Of a stretch of 64,000 nucleotides of DNA, positions 1 through 13,200 are shown one piece after another. The notes beneath the pieces are model-generated. The model saw only the letters and a program-made list of their open reading frames with translations. It did not search any database and had not been told where the DNA came from. The position numbers and the translations under genes were made by a program. Position 1 is the stretch's first letter. Each line of letters starts with the position of its first letter. Source of the stretch: Octopus vulgaris (Eukaryota); the NCBI GenBank assembly GCA_951406725.2, contig OX597816.1, positions 66,340,001 to 66,404,000 of the forward strand, read 5' to 3'.

Positions 1-1106
1 CTTTTCTTGACAATGTGTTGACATGTCATAGTTTCCGACGTACAACACTGATGTTGCTGAAAAATCACTCTTGATAATCCAATCCATGAAAGATAGGCAA
101 TGTTTATGCATTGCACAAATGTTTGTTTCATTGCATTGCAATGTATAAATATCAAAGTCCATTGTCCACAAATTGGCACTTGAAAGTATTCCAATGTACC
201 TTACCTAAAAGACTGCTATCTCCTGTATTAAAATCAAAAGGGATAATTTTCCATTGATGGATTTCTCTGATTAGAAAACAGCCAAGCAATTATTCTCTCA
301 GATGTCATCACATTATTTGGGATTTGCATCATTTCTCTATACTGAATCAAGTTGAATGTTACCAACAGAATTGCCTGTGTAATTCCTCATTTTATTTTCC
401 CATTCACAGCTTAGAGAGTGAATACACGAGTTATTCAGCACTTGTGATTTCCACTTTTTATATCAGAACTTTTCCAGATTATATAACAGCTGAAACATCT
501 AAAGGTGAAGGTGTGTGGCTTGATGGTTAAGGTACTTCACTCTCAATTGGAAGATTGTGGTTTGATTTCTGGACTGGTGATGCATTATGTTCTTGAACAA
601 AACATTTCATTTCCTGTTGCTCCAGTCCATGGTTCAGTAACAACAGAGAAGTTAACCCTGCGATAGACAGTGATGAAGGTTGCAATTTCAGTTACTTGTA
701 TACTATGAAAACAGGTTTCCACTTCAACTTTATGAGACCAAGGGCTCATGACAAAAGAATAGATAAGATCCCGAAATGGTCCTTCAATTCATTCCATGTC
801 TCCTTTAAATGCTAGAGAACTTAGATTAATGTCACCCATGCAATAAAAGGATGATTCAGCAGCTTTAGTGGCAAAAATCATGCTAGAATAATGAAACTGC
901 AGCAATAATTTGTTACTGAATCCAGTTTGAGACATCAATATCTTGAGAGCAATCACAGCTAGTCTTTCTCAACAAAATAGAGAAGGCAAGCATAAGATGG
1001 TGATGACTTTTCATTTTCAATTTAACACACAATTGATGACTGTAGCTTTGAATTAATCCTGTGAATCAAAATTAAAAGATATGAAATAAATGTAGTGAAG
1101 ACTTAC

Positions 1107-1273
1107 TGTTTTCTGAATATCAGAAATATGTAAAACTCTGACAGGTCCATCCATGAGAACTGTGACACTAATGAAACCAGAACCGGGTCGTTGTTTCTGA
1201 CGAGAAATTTGCATGTGAAATGGGACACTCTTCAATGTTGGAGAAGGTATTGGGCCAAGTAGAGTTATAGCAT
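1107..1273 (-). CDS. VPS13D: VPS13D exon (AITLLGP..QKQRPGSGFISVTVLMDGPVRVLHISDIQKT)
   Basis: aag acceptor, gtaag donor, phase 1->0. Confidence 0.9.
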
Positions 1274-4200
1274 CTTTAAAAAAGAAATTTAAGAGTGGGA
1301 TTTATTAGATTTTTTAAGGAAATGACCAGAAACAATTGAATGAAATATTTTCAATAAGTAAATATACACAACAAGTAGCTATGTCAGGCCTTGTCAAGGT
1401 TTATTAATGCCTAAAATAAATATAATCACTTTGATCATTATATTTATTATTTTTAAAGATATTATTTGAAGACACTGGCTGTCTCAAGTTGATACAAGAA
1501 TACTGATTCACTCAGAATTGCTGTATCAAAGTAATTCAGAAGATAGTTTTTAAAAAATTTAGAACCTAAAATAAAATTTTAAGCTTAAATATTTTTTCTT
1601 TTCTAAAGAAACAAGCTTTAGAAAAAAATATTATAGTAATTTACCTATTTCGTTCTAAATGAATTAGTTTTCTATTCAATAATTTTTTTAAGAATTAGGA
1701 AGTATACAATATGCCTAGTTTTTTCTGTCCGGAACTAAAAAGAACAAATTTCAGAAAATAAGCCACATAGCTTTTGACCTTCTCCTTAAACAGATGTACT
1801 TCTAAGCAGAATTGTGGCCCACAACTTGGAAAATACAATCATTCAACTTTTATACATTAAGATTCTGAGATACATTTAAAATATTTCTATAAAAATCTAC
1901 AAGTGTCCATTCATTCGAAGGGATTAAATCTCACTGATAAAATACCAAATGGTATGGAGAGGTGAAAGGAGGAGATTTTTCCAGGTCAATATGGCTGTTA
2001 AATTAATATGGATGACAGTAACAATAAAGAAACTTTAGTTGTCTTTATCTAGTTAGTTATAATGTTGTCAGTCTTTTGTAACTTATCACAATTTTTTCCA
2101 GCTTTAACATTAAATATTATCTCTTCTGACAGATCAAAATCATTTGTTCTCCACTTTTGTAATACTTTTGGCAACAGGTGGGGGTTGGCGTCAGGAAGGG
2201 CATCCAGCCATAGAAAACTTGCTACATGCATAGCGCTGCGCATGTATGCATACATTTTTATTGTAGGCGCGGGCATGGCTGTGTGGTTAGGGAGCTTGCT
2301 TCCTAGCTACATGGTTTTGGGTGTCTTCTACTATAGCCCCGAGCCGACTGGAGCTTTGTGATTAAATTCGGTAGGCAGAAGTTACTGCCATGTGTGTATG
2401 TGTGCGTATAGCTGCTCAGTGCCTCTCCGAGAGAGAAAGAGAGAGAGAATATATTGTGGAAATATAGAAATAATACCAATACAATTTTCAAAATTACAAT
2501 ACCTCAATAAGTTCTCTTGAAAACTCATAAAATTAAATGCCACAAGGAAACTTATTAGAAACAAAAATATTTTATTTTGCTCACTTTGGCAACTGAGTTA
2601 GCAGTGGAGGGGGATGCACTGAAAGTGTAGTTACTAAAATAAGAATGGGTTGAGCAAAGTTCAGAGAGCTTTGTTAGTAAGAAAGGGCTCCTCCCTCAGA
2701 GTGAATGGCAGATTGTATGATGCCTGTGTTCAGACAGTTATGCGACAGGCAGAGAAATGTTGCCTGTGACAGTAGAGGACATGTGTAGGCTCAAAAGAAA
2801 TGAAGCCAGCATGCTCTGCTGGATGTGCAATGTTAGTTTGCACGTATAAGAGAGTGTAAGCATTTTAAAAGAAAAATTGGGTATAAGAGGCATCAGATGC
2901 AGTGAGCAAGAGAGAAGACAGTGCTGGTATGGTCATGTGATGTGTATGGATGAAGACAGCTACATAAGGAACAGCTGACCTCTAATGTGGAGGGAACATG
3001 TGGAAGAAGTAGACCCAAAAAGACATGGAACTAAGTGGTGAAAAATGATCATAGGATGTTGAGCCTCAAAGAGGAGACAACAAAGGATTGAAACTTCTAG
3101 CACAAAGCCACTTCCTGTAGTTCCACTCCTTCTTCCAGTTGAGAAGTCTTCACCCCACAAGTTACTTGGTGATCCAACTGGTGCCGATGCCATGTGAAAA
3201 TGTTAAATAAGGATGATGTTTCAATACATTACGTATCTGAAGCTCACAAGCTATGTTAGATGAGAGGTAACTGAGATATATATTAACATAATTTCGTTTC
3301 TAAAGTGTTCCTTTCAACAGTGCCTCTTTAAAAGCATCCAGTACACTTTGTTAAGTGGTTGGCAGTAGGAAGGACATCCAGCTACAGACACCATGCCAAA
3401 ACAGAGAAAATGGAGTCAGAGCAGCTCTCCAGCTACTGTCAAACAGTTTAACCCATGCCAACATGGAGAGCAGGCATAGAATGATGGTGATTAGATATTT
3501 TCAGATGGCCTGTTATCTCATACTTTCACATAAAGACAAAACTCACAAAATATGGAAAAATCAAAATAAGAAAGTTTGACTTACCATGTTGTAGTGCATT
3601 GGTATCAACAGCTTGCACACACATTGTTCCATTGGCACATGTTAACAAACCATTCTAAAATAATAATAATAAAAAAACAAATCCTAAATTTTTTGTTATG
3701 TGCTTCCACCAATGTACAAAACAAGTTACTAAATGCAACAGGATATTTAGCAAAAAAGACTCTATTCAAACAAAGACTAATAAAGTATGACAATTTTTTT
3801 GTCAAAAGAAATGGAACTTTGGCATTCTGGCTCAACTGATGTTATCTTAAATTGAACACTTCACAATTTCTTGTTAGTTTTCTTTTTCTTGAGTTAATAG
3901 CTACACAGTTCTTTAATTTATTTGGCCATCACAACCAAATCTATACTACAACATCAAAATATATAGATTTTAAAAAATCTTTCTGACTTTAACCCTTTCG
4001 TTACTGTATTTATTTTGAGATTCTCTGTGTTTCTTTCAATTATTTTAAATATAACATATAAGTAAAATAACTTAGTTATCATTAAGCTAGTGTTAGGAAC
4101 ATAAATTGCAACTAAGGTTTGGTGGTATATTTTAATGCAAAACTTATGGAAACAAGACATTTGTACTACAGAGCCAGAGTCGGTTTTGGCCGGGTTGGTA

Positions 4201-7200
4201 ACAAAAAGGTTAAACAATTTCAGTACTCTATAAAATGGCATTCATCAATTTTTCCATCAATTATAGTTAAAAACAAATCTGTCTTTGTGACAAGAAATAT
4301 CTATTAAAAAAAACACTTCAATATTTTCACCAACATAATCTGTTGATCTTTTATCCTCATCATTTAACATCATAACTAACAGCAAAAAAATTGTACAAAG
4401 AGTAGAAAGGGAAAATAAATGTATTTGAAAAGGAAAGAAAACTCAAAATAAACAGGATGAGAGTCAGGGAAGCTTCTGTTCCTTGGAGTTGACTGGGCTT
4501 ATGCTTCTCCTCATAACTGTTGTTCTGTCCCCACTACCCCCATCATGCCTTACAACTAAACATTAAGCTTGGTCTTTCTCTCCCGGAACATTGGCTCTCT
4601 GAAATGCTTTATCTTATTCATATGAACTCTGAAATTTTTCCCCTGTTTAAGTACTGGAGCCACTTAAAGAGCACTTGTGCCAGTGCTGTGCAAACACACC
4701 TGTGCCAGTGGCATGTAAAATGCACCCAGAACACTGTTAAGTTGTTGACATTAGGCAGAACATCCAGCGCATAGAAACCATGCCACAACAAACAGTTGGA
4801 ATCTGGACAGCTCCCTGCTAGCAAGCTCCATGCCAAAATGGAAAGTGGACATTAAACAATGACGATGTTTGTATTCTTCTTGCATATATTTACTTACAAT
4901 AGTCAGAAAGGAAAATTAATGGTATCCTATTTCTTTACTGCCCACAAGGGGCTAAATACAGAGAGGACAAACAAGGACAGACAAACGGATTAAGTCCTTG
5001 TTTGTCCCCTTGTGCGCAATAAAGAAATAAGAGGTATGTTATAAGATGTGCTATAATGAAGACAACTTACACGAGTGAACTTCCATAATTGTGTTGTTCG
5101 TCTGCGCTCATCAGGTTTTCTAAGGATGAGTGGTACACATTTACCAGGTTGAGGGGCAATGTCAGATATGTCCAAAACAAGCCCTAATACATTGCCAGTT
5201 ACTTTCCCAGGCTCCTGAGGAGGGGCTGAACCTTCATTCTCTAGCATTCCTTCACCTGTCATACGCCATAGTTGAGATCGTTTGCCAAGTTCCTTAAGGT
5301 AAGAAGAAGAAAATGTTAAAGCATAAAAGAAAATTTAGAGCAAAAAGAAAATAGCAGCCAAATCACTCCTATTGTTCTTTTTAAAAAAGGAAGGGTAGAT
5401 TAGATAAAATATTCCTAGATGATATGTCTGAAAGTCAAAAGACAGGATGGTCATGGTTGGAATGTCTTTGATCATAGATCCTTAAAAGCATTTGCCCAAA
5501 ACTTCATAAAAATTTCCAAATTTCTATTTGAAAATAATAAAAGCAAATACAAAACATCAATTTTTTGGTTAACATATTTCTATTGAAATACACTACTTTT
5601 ACTTCAATTTATTTTGAAAATTATGAAGAATTCATTGAAATAATAACTTTGTCAATATAGTGTTTGGTCCATATAGAATTTTCATGAAAGGTTTTCATTC
5701 AGATCACTTTAAATTAGAAAGCTTGTATCAGAGAACCAAAGGCAGTCTCAGATGAGTTGGTATCCAAAAGATTAAAGTCTCAAAATTATTCAACAAAATA
5801 TAACTCCTAGTTTAAGTGTTATTAAACTAATTAATTTAATCAGGAAATAGTAATAAAACAAAAGAGCAAATTCTTTTCATAAAAAGATAGCAATGCAGTA
5901 AAGACTTTAAGCACTTTTAGAATATTCAAACAACCCTCAAAATCTTATCTAGGCTAAACAGAAACACTCAAAATCTTATCAAACAAACTTTACTCTATGT
6001 GGCAAAATCAAAATGCTTTTAATATACACCCACTCTATTTCATACATCCACCACACGGTTTAAGCCTTATTGCAGCACAGCGACTTGTGTGCCTCACATA
6101 CCAACAGAACACAAGCTTCTGATAGGGCCACCAATGCTGCATGCTGGACTGGTGAAAAGATAAAGGACCAACTAGTCATTCATGCTGAATAGGTCAAAAG
6201 ACAGAAGCTAGACTAATATGCACTACCTTTACCCAAAGGTAAAAGTGGATTTGTGTAGGGTGAACATCCCTGCTTAGAAAAAAGTGAAGTTATGGAAGTA
6301 TCAATGACAATTTAAAACCAACAAAACTTGAGAGAGGAGAGAAGCAGAAAAGACAGTTCAGAGTTGAGAACAGTGGAGAAACGTCATCAATGGCCTTTGC
6401 TCCATAAGGAGTGAAGAGCTCGAGTAAGCTATGGCCACAGGAATAAGATAACAGCTTGTAAATTTATATCCTGCAGTGGATATTTTGTTATTCCTTGGTA
6501 ATACACTGCCTCAGTTGACAAAGCTGGGAAACACAAGGTATTTGTGAGATAGTTATCTGTAACACATTTAGAATGTTATCCAAGAGGGAGTTTGTTTCTC
6601 ACCTGTTTCATTATACAAAAAGTACAGATTATTGCTGGTCTGCTGAGTCCAGGTGTCACGAGAAAATTAATTAAAATCTCCTTTAATTCACTATTTAAAC
6701 AATTTACAATGAGGATATCAGTTTTCAGTTGAAATTGTAAAAGATTCAAGCAAGGTCGTTGCCAGTGCCGCCTGACTGGCCCCATGCCGGTGGCACATAA
6801 AAGCACCTCCTACACTCTCGGAGTGGTTGGCGGCGTTAAGAAGGGCATCCAGCTGTAGAAACTCTGCCAGATCAAGATTGAAGCCTGGTGCAGCCATCTG
6901 GTTCACCAGCCCTCAGTCATACATCCAACCCATGCTAGCATGGAAAGCGGACGTTAAACGATGATGATGATGATAATGATTTTTGGTAGTTATTACAAAG
7001 ACATTCCAGAAGATATGGACTTGCAAAGTTATAAATTAATTACACTTAATAAAGGAATAAAATGAAGGGAAAAAAATGTAAAAAAAGAAGCTCATTAAAA
7101 GAAAATCAACTAACTTTTCTCTTGAACACTATCCGAGTGCTAATAGCATCGAGAACTAACTCTCTGTTGTTGCAATCAGGATGACTGGTTGGACTCTTGA

Positions 7201-10200
7201 GATGGACATCTCTGGAAATAGAATTGTAAATACAATAAAGGCACATTATGACAAAACAGTGATGAAAGCCATACTTGTATACGGATACAGCTTTTGTGAT
7301 CATCTAATACATATACATCAAAATATATTTAAACTCATCTATCAAAGCAGTATGCATGTGAATTAGTTGTAGAAATAACCATGTTGTGTCTTTTAAATAG
7401 CTTAAACCATCAAATGGTTCATGTCATGCATAAAACTCCAAATAATCAACTTACCCATTGAATGTAGAGGTAGCAGCTAAGAAGATGAAGTTCTGATAAC
7501 AAAGCTGTTCTCCTTCACCAGGTTTGTTCATGTTATATGTTGCACTTGTTCCTCCGGAGATTCCAAGAGTAATATATGGATTTAGAATAGGTTCATCCCA
7601 TGCATAAGGCACTATGGATGCAGAAAGACAAAAAGCAATGACAAGAATAAGGTTTGCAATGAAGCGAATCTGAAATACCATAAAATCCTGTTACTCAATA
7701 ATTCTGTCATTCATCATCATCATTTAACGTCCGTTTTCCGTGCTAGCATGGGTTGGACGGTTCGACCGGGGTCTGGAAAGCCAGGAGGCTGGACCAGGTT
7801 CCAGTTTGATCTGGCAGTATTTCTACAGCTGGATGCCCTTCCTAACGCCAACCACTCCGTGAGTGTAGTGGGTGCCTTTTATGTGCCAGAGGAGGCTGGC
7901 AGCAGCCACGATTGGTTGGTGCTTTTTACGTGCCACCGGCACAGAAGCCAGTCAAGGCGGCGCTGGCATCGTCCACATTCAGATGGTGCTTTTTACGTGC
8001 CACCGGCACAGTCCACATTCAGATGGTGCTTTTTACGTGCCACTGGCACAGGTATCACAACTACAATTTCCATTTGATATTTATTTTGATGTTGATGTAC
8101 TTGACTCAATAGGTCTCCTCAAGCACAGCCGGTCATGTGCCACATTTTAAAATTATCATCCTCTATTAAATAACAATGTCAAACTACACTCAGTCTTTTA
8201 AATTACTTTTGATTAATATTGTTTTCTATTTACCTCTACAAAAAGAAAGAATTACTGAATGCAATTAAATTCTCTTTTAGCATCACAAGGAGTGTAACTT
8301 ACATGATGTTATTGGTTTAATGTATTGCTTTAGTAATGGATTGGTAACTCCAGCTTGCTGATACTGCACTGGAATCTGTTAATGTCAATGTTAATATATG
8401 ATAGCAAAAAGAGAATGTAGAAGAGGAGAGAGAGAGAGAAAAAAAAAGAAAACCAACCTTATATTAACTAAAATGCTGAAGCTTTATAAATTAAGAAAGA
8501 AACAGATCCTGTTAATCTCCATGGTAAATCTGCCATAGATAACCCACACTGGATTGGTGGGGTGTCATGGAAAACTCATTTCAACCACAGGTCAGCCCTG
8601 ATCAAGAAGACCTGTGATCTTCTTGTGGCCATTGTCTTTTGTTCAAACAATACATTATCCAATATATGCTTCCATTGTTTAAGATGAGTTGAGGGAGATT
8701 TAGCTGGTATTTCTAGCAAGTCAAAATAACTACAAATCTAATTCAGTTAGTAGAGCATCAAATTTTCTTTTTCTCTTTTCCCCATACTAATCTAGGAATA
8801 CCAACCATACAGCCATTTCTGGCTTCACCAGGATAAGAAGTTTGCTTTGTTACTCATGGCTTTAGATCTGCTCCACTGAATGGCACCCTGACAGAATATC
8901 TTCCAACATAGCCTTGAGTTGGCCAAAACATTGCAAGTGAAATTTAGCAGATGGAAATCATGGAAACCAGTCAAAAGGACCGTTCCTGTTGTTGGGTGAT
9001 GATAGACTTAATCCATTGCCTAAGTGTAACACCACCAGTTGGTCCTTGGGTTCCTGTAGCAGAGTCTACTCTAAAGTATTCAGTCTAGATCTCTATGCTG
9101 AAGATGATATCCTCCTTTCTAGTCTTGGAGGCCTTTCTTCTTTGAATAAGCCAGAAAAAATACTCGCAGTTTATCCATGTATCAAAGCAAACAAACCATC
9201 AACAAATATACAGTGCACCAGTCCCTAATATGCTGTATCTCCTATGGAACTCCTTTATAAAAGGAGTTTCAATGTTGTGCAACATCAGTGCTAGTATGAA
9301 CAAAATAAATAAATAAAACCACAGAATGGGCGGAAGGCTAATACCCATTGAATCAACTTCTTGTAGTTCATATATTTGTCATACATATGGATGTCATACA
9401 TACGGATGACATTATTAGCTGAGTTAATAATTACTGAGAACACATTTATATATTAAGGAAGAAACATTTAAGTGATATTTCAAGCTGAGTGGGGAAAAAG
9501 ATTTGTATACTGAGAATAGGCGTAGAATTTTGTAAAAGAAAAATGATGCTGAAGGTAGTTATATTTTACAAATAGAAAAAAATTTGATAAGGACTTACTA
9601 ATGAGTAATTATCAATCCGGAAAGGAGGTGGCATGTCATCAGAGTTGTAGAACAGCACATGAAGTGTAGGCCCTAAAAGAATGACTTCTACTTTCAGCAG
9701 TAAGGAATTGCCCTGTTCATCTCTAGAACAAAAGTCAATAGCAGGATATTAATCAAAGAAATACAACTTATGGAACAGAGAATATTTAGACATATCAATA
9801 AATAATCATCAATGACTATTCTTTATGCAAGGGTTAAAAGTTAATGGATTAAACACTGGAAGTTGTCTCTCTCTCTCTTTTTTTTTTTACCTTTTTAAAA
9901 TTTTATTTTATAGAATGAAAGGTGAACAAGAAGTTTTTACCTTATGTTAATATGAAAGGAATCCACTTTATCAATCCTAAAACCTCCAGACCAGCAAAAG
10001 ACCTTAGAGTCATCAAGAACTTTCACACAAAGAAGCGGATCAAAATCAACACGAGGCCAATGAAATGGCATTGAACTCTTTGGGGGAGCAATCAAAGAAT
10101 GTTTCAGCTGTTGTTTTGGGTCCTGGAAAAAGAAATAAAATTCCTTATTTCGATGATCATTCCAATACTCCTGCCTCACCCATTACTTTTCTTCTTTACA

Positions 10201-10246
10201 GCATTTATTTACTCTAATTTTGTAATGGAAATATGGTTATTCTTAT

Positions 10247-10281
<35 letters not shown>

Positions 10282-13200
10282 CATCATCATCATCATCATC
10301 ATCGTTTAGCGTCCGTTTTCCATGCTAGCATGGGTTGGACGGTTCTACTGGGGTCTGTGAAGCCAGAAGGCTTCATCAGGCCCAGTCAAATCTGGCAGTG
10401 TTTCTACGGCTGGATGCCCTTCCTAACGCCAACCACTCCGTGAGTGTAGTGGGTGCTTTTTACGTGCCACCCGCACTGGTGCCAGACAGAGCTGGCAAAC
10501 GGCCACGAACGGATGGTGCTTTTTATGTGCCACCGGCACGAGGGCCAGGCGAGGCTGGCAACGGACACGAAACGGGGCGGTGCTGGCAACGGTTGCGAAA
10601 CGGAAAGTTCTCTTACATGCCACCGGCACTGGTAACACATCTGCAATTTCCATTGATCGATTTCCATTGATCGATTACGATTCTGATCCTCACTTGCCTC
10701 AACGGGTCTTCACAAGCAGAGTTTTGACATGCCACCGGCACTGGTAGCACATCCGCAATTTCCATTGATCGATTTCGATTCTGATCCTCACTTGCCTCAA
10801 CACGTCTTCACAAGTAGAGTTTTGTGTCCCAAGAAGGGAAGGTATGCATACGTAGGCCGGCTCCATCCCATGTAGAAGGCCACGGGTTATGGACTCACTT
10901 GTCCTGCCGGGTCTTCTCGCGCACAGCACACTTCCAGAGGTCTCGGTCTCTAGTCATTTCCTCAGTGAGACCTAAAGTTCGAAGGTCGTGCTTCACCACC
11001 TCGTCCCAGGTTTTCCTGGGTCTGCCTCTTCCACAGGTTCCCTCAACCGCTAGGGTGTGGCACTTTTTCACACAACTATCTTCATCCATTCTCGCCACAT
11101 GACCATACCAGCGCAAACGTCTCTCTTGCACACCACAACTGATGCTTCTTAGGTCCAGCTTTTCTCTCAAGGTACTTACACTCTGCCGAGTGTGAGTACC
11201 GGCATTACACATCCATCGGAGCATACTGGCTTCATTTCTAGCGAGCTTACGCATATCCTCAGAAGTCACGGCCCATGTTTCACTGCCATATAGCCTGGCT
11301 GTTCGTACACACGCATCATAGTCTGCCTTTCACTCTGTGCGAGAGGCCTTTTGTCACCAGCAGAGGTAAGAGCTCTCTGAACTTTGCCCAAGCTATTCTT
11401 ACTCTAGCAGTTACACTTTCAGCACACCCGCCCCCGCTGCTGACTTGGTCACCTAGGTAACGGAAACTATCAACTATTTCTAGTTTTTCTCCCTGGAAAG
11501 TGACGGAAGTTGGTCTCAGAGCATTTTCAGTGTTTATTGTTCCTGAGCATCTGCCACATACAAAAACCATCTTCCTAGTTAGCCTTCCTTTGACATTGCT
11601 GCATCTCTTATGTGTCCATAGCTTACACTTGGTGCATCTTATAGAGTTTCTACCTACACCTTTTCTACAGATCGAGCAGGGCCATCTACCTGAAGGTGTT
11701 TGTGATTTGTCTACCTTCCTACTGATTACGACTTTGGTTTTAGCTAGATTGACTCTGAGGCCCTTCGATTCTAATCCTTGTTTCCACACCTGAAACTTCT
11801 CCTCCAGTTCTGATAGCGACTCAGCAATTAGAGCAAGGTCATCAGCATAGAGGAGCTCCCAAGGGCATCCTGTCTTGAATTCCTCCGTTATTGCCTGGAG
11901 GACTATGATAAATAGGAGGGGGCTGAGTACTGAGCCTTGGTGGACTCCTACCTCTACCCGGAATTCTTCACTGTACACATTTCCAACCCTCACCCTACTA
12001 GCGGCGTCCCTATACATGGCCCGCACAGCTCTCACTAACCATTCATCTATCCCTAGTTTCCTCATTGCCCACCAGATAAGGGATCGGGGGACCCTGTCGA
12101 AGGCTTTCTCCATGTCAACAAAAGCCAGGTACAGGGGCTTATCTTTGGCTAGGTATTTCTCCTGCAGCTGCCTTAGCAGGAATATAGCATCAGTAGTACT
12201 TTTCCCTGGCACAAACCCAAACTGCATCTCATCTAAACTAACTCTCTCTCTAATTAGTTGGGCTATGACCCTCTCCGTAACCTTCATCACCTGGTCCAAC
12301 AGCTTGATACCTCTGTAGTTATTTGTATCTAGGGCATCACCTTTACCTTTGTAGCAGTTGACTATTATACTGCTACACCAGTCATTGGGTATGACCCCTT
12401 TGTGTATCACCTGATTAACTATACGGGTGACTAGGCTATAGCCGACACTACCAGACATTTTGAGCATCTCTGCAGTGATTCCTGATGGGCCTGGTGCTTT
12501 CCCTGTCTTCATGCTTCTAATTGCCTTAGCTACCACGGAACTATCAACTCGGATAGCTGGTCCCTCTGTTGGGTCAACATTCGGCAGACTCTCTTTATCC
12601 CATTCATTTTCTTCATTCAGCAACCTTTCATAGTGGCATCTCCAAACCTCTCTCTTTGCATCCTCATTTAGCGCAAGTGAACCATCTTCCATGCGAACAC
12701 ACTTCTCTCCTACCACATCACGATTCTCTCTCACACACTGTCTTGCAACACGAAACACCTCCAGTCTTTGGTCCTCACGGCGCAGAACATTGGCAAATTT
12801 TTTCTTATCTGCTTCCCCTCTGGCTAAATAAACCTGTCTCCTAGCTTCTCTTTTGGCAGTCTGATACAATCCCCTGCTACCCCCATTTTTCCAGACCTTC
12901 CAAGCCTGTCTCTTTTCTCTAATAGCCCTGTCTACAATATTGTTCCACCACCACGTTATTCTAGGTCGAGAGGGGACTTTGCACCAGCCACAGATCTGGT
13001 CAGTGGCTCTCAGCAGGTTGTCCCTTAGAAACGTCCAGCTGTCTTCTACCCCCTGTGATGCTCTATCCCCTTCTACTTCGTCAGAGGCTTCAAGTAATAT
13101 GTCCCTAAATCTCTGTCCATTTGTAGGATCTTTAAGCTTCCAGATCCTTCTTCTCCATATTTGTCGTCTTCTGGTTGTCCTCCTAGTCCTGAATTCACCA

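Noticed and set aside
205-267. Possible next VPS13D exon (gtaag donor near 204)
   Set aside because: The required phase 0 hits a stop codon and I recognise no homology.
11875-12318. Plus-strand ORFs over the LINE (and similar ORFs over exon 54615-55412)
   Set aside because: Antisense shadows of the real coding frames.
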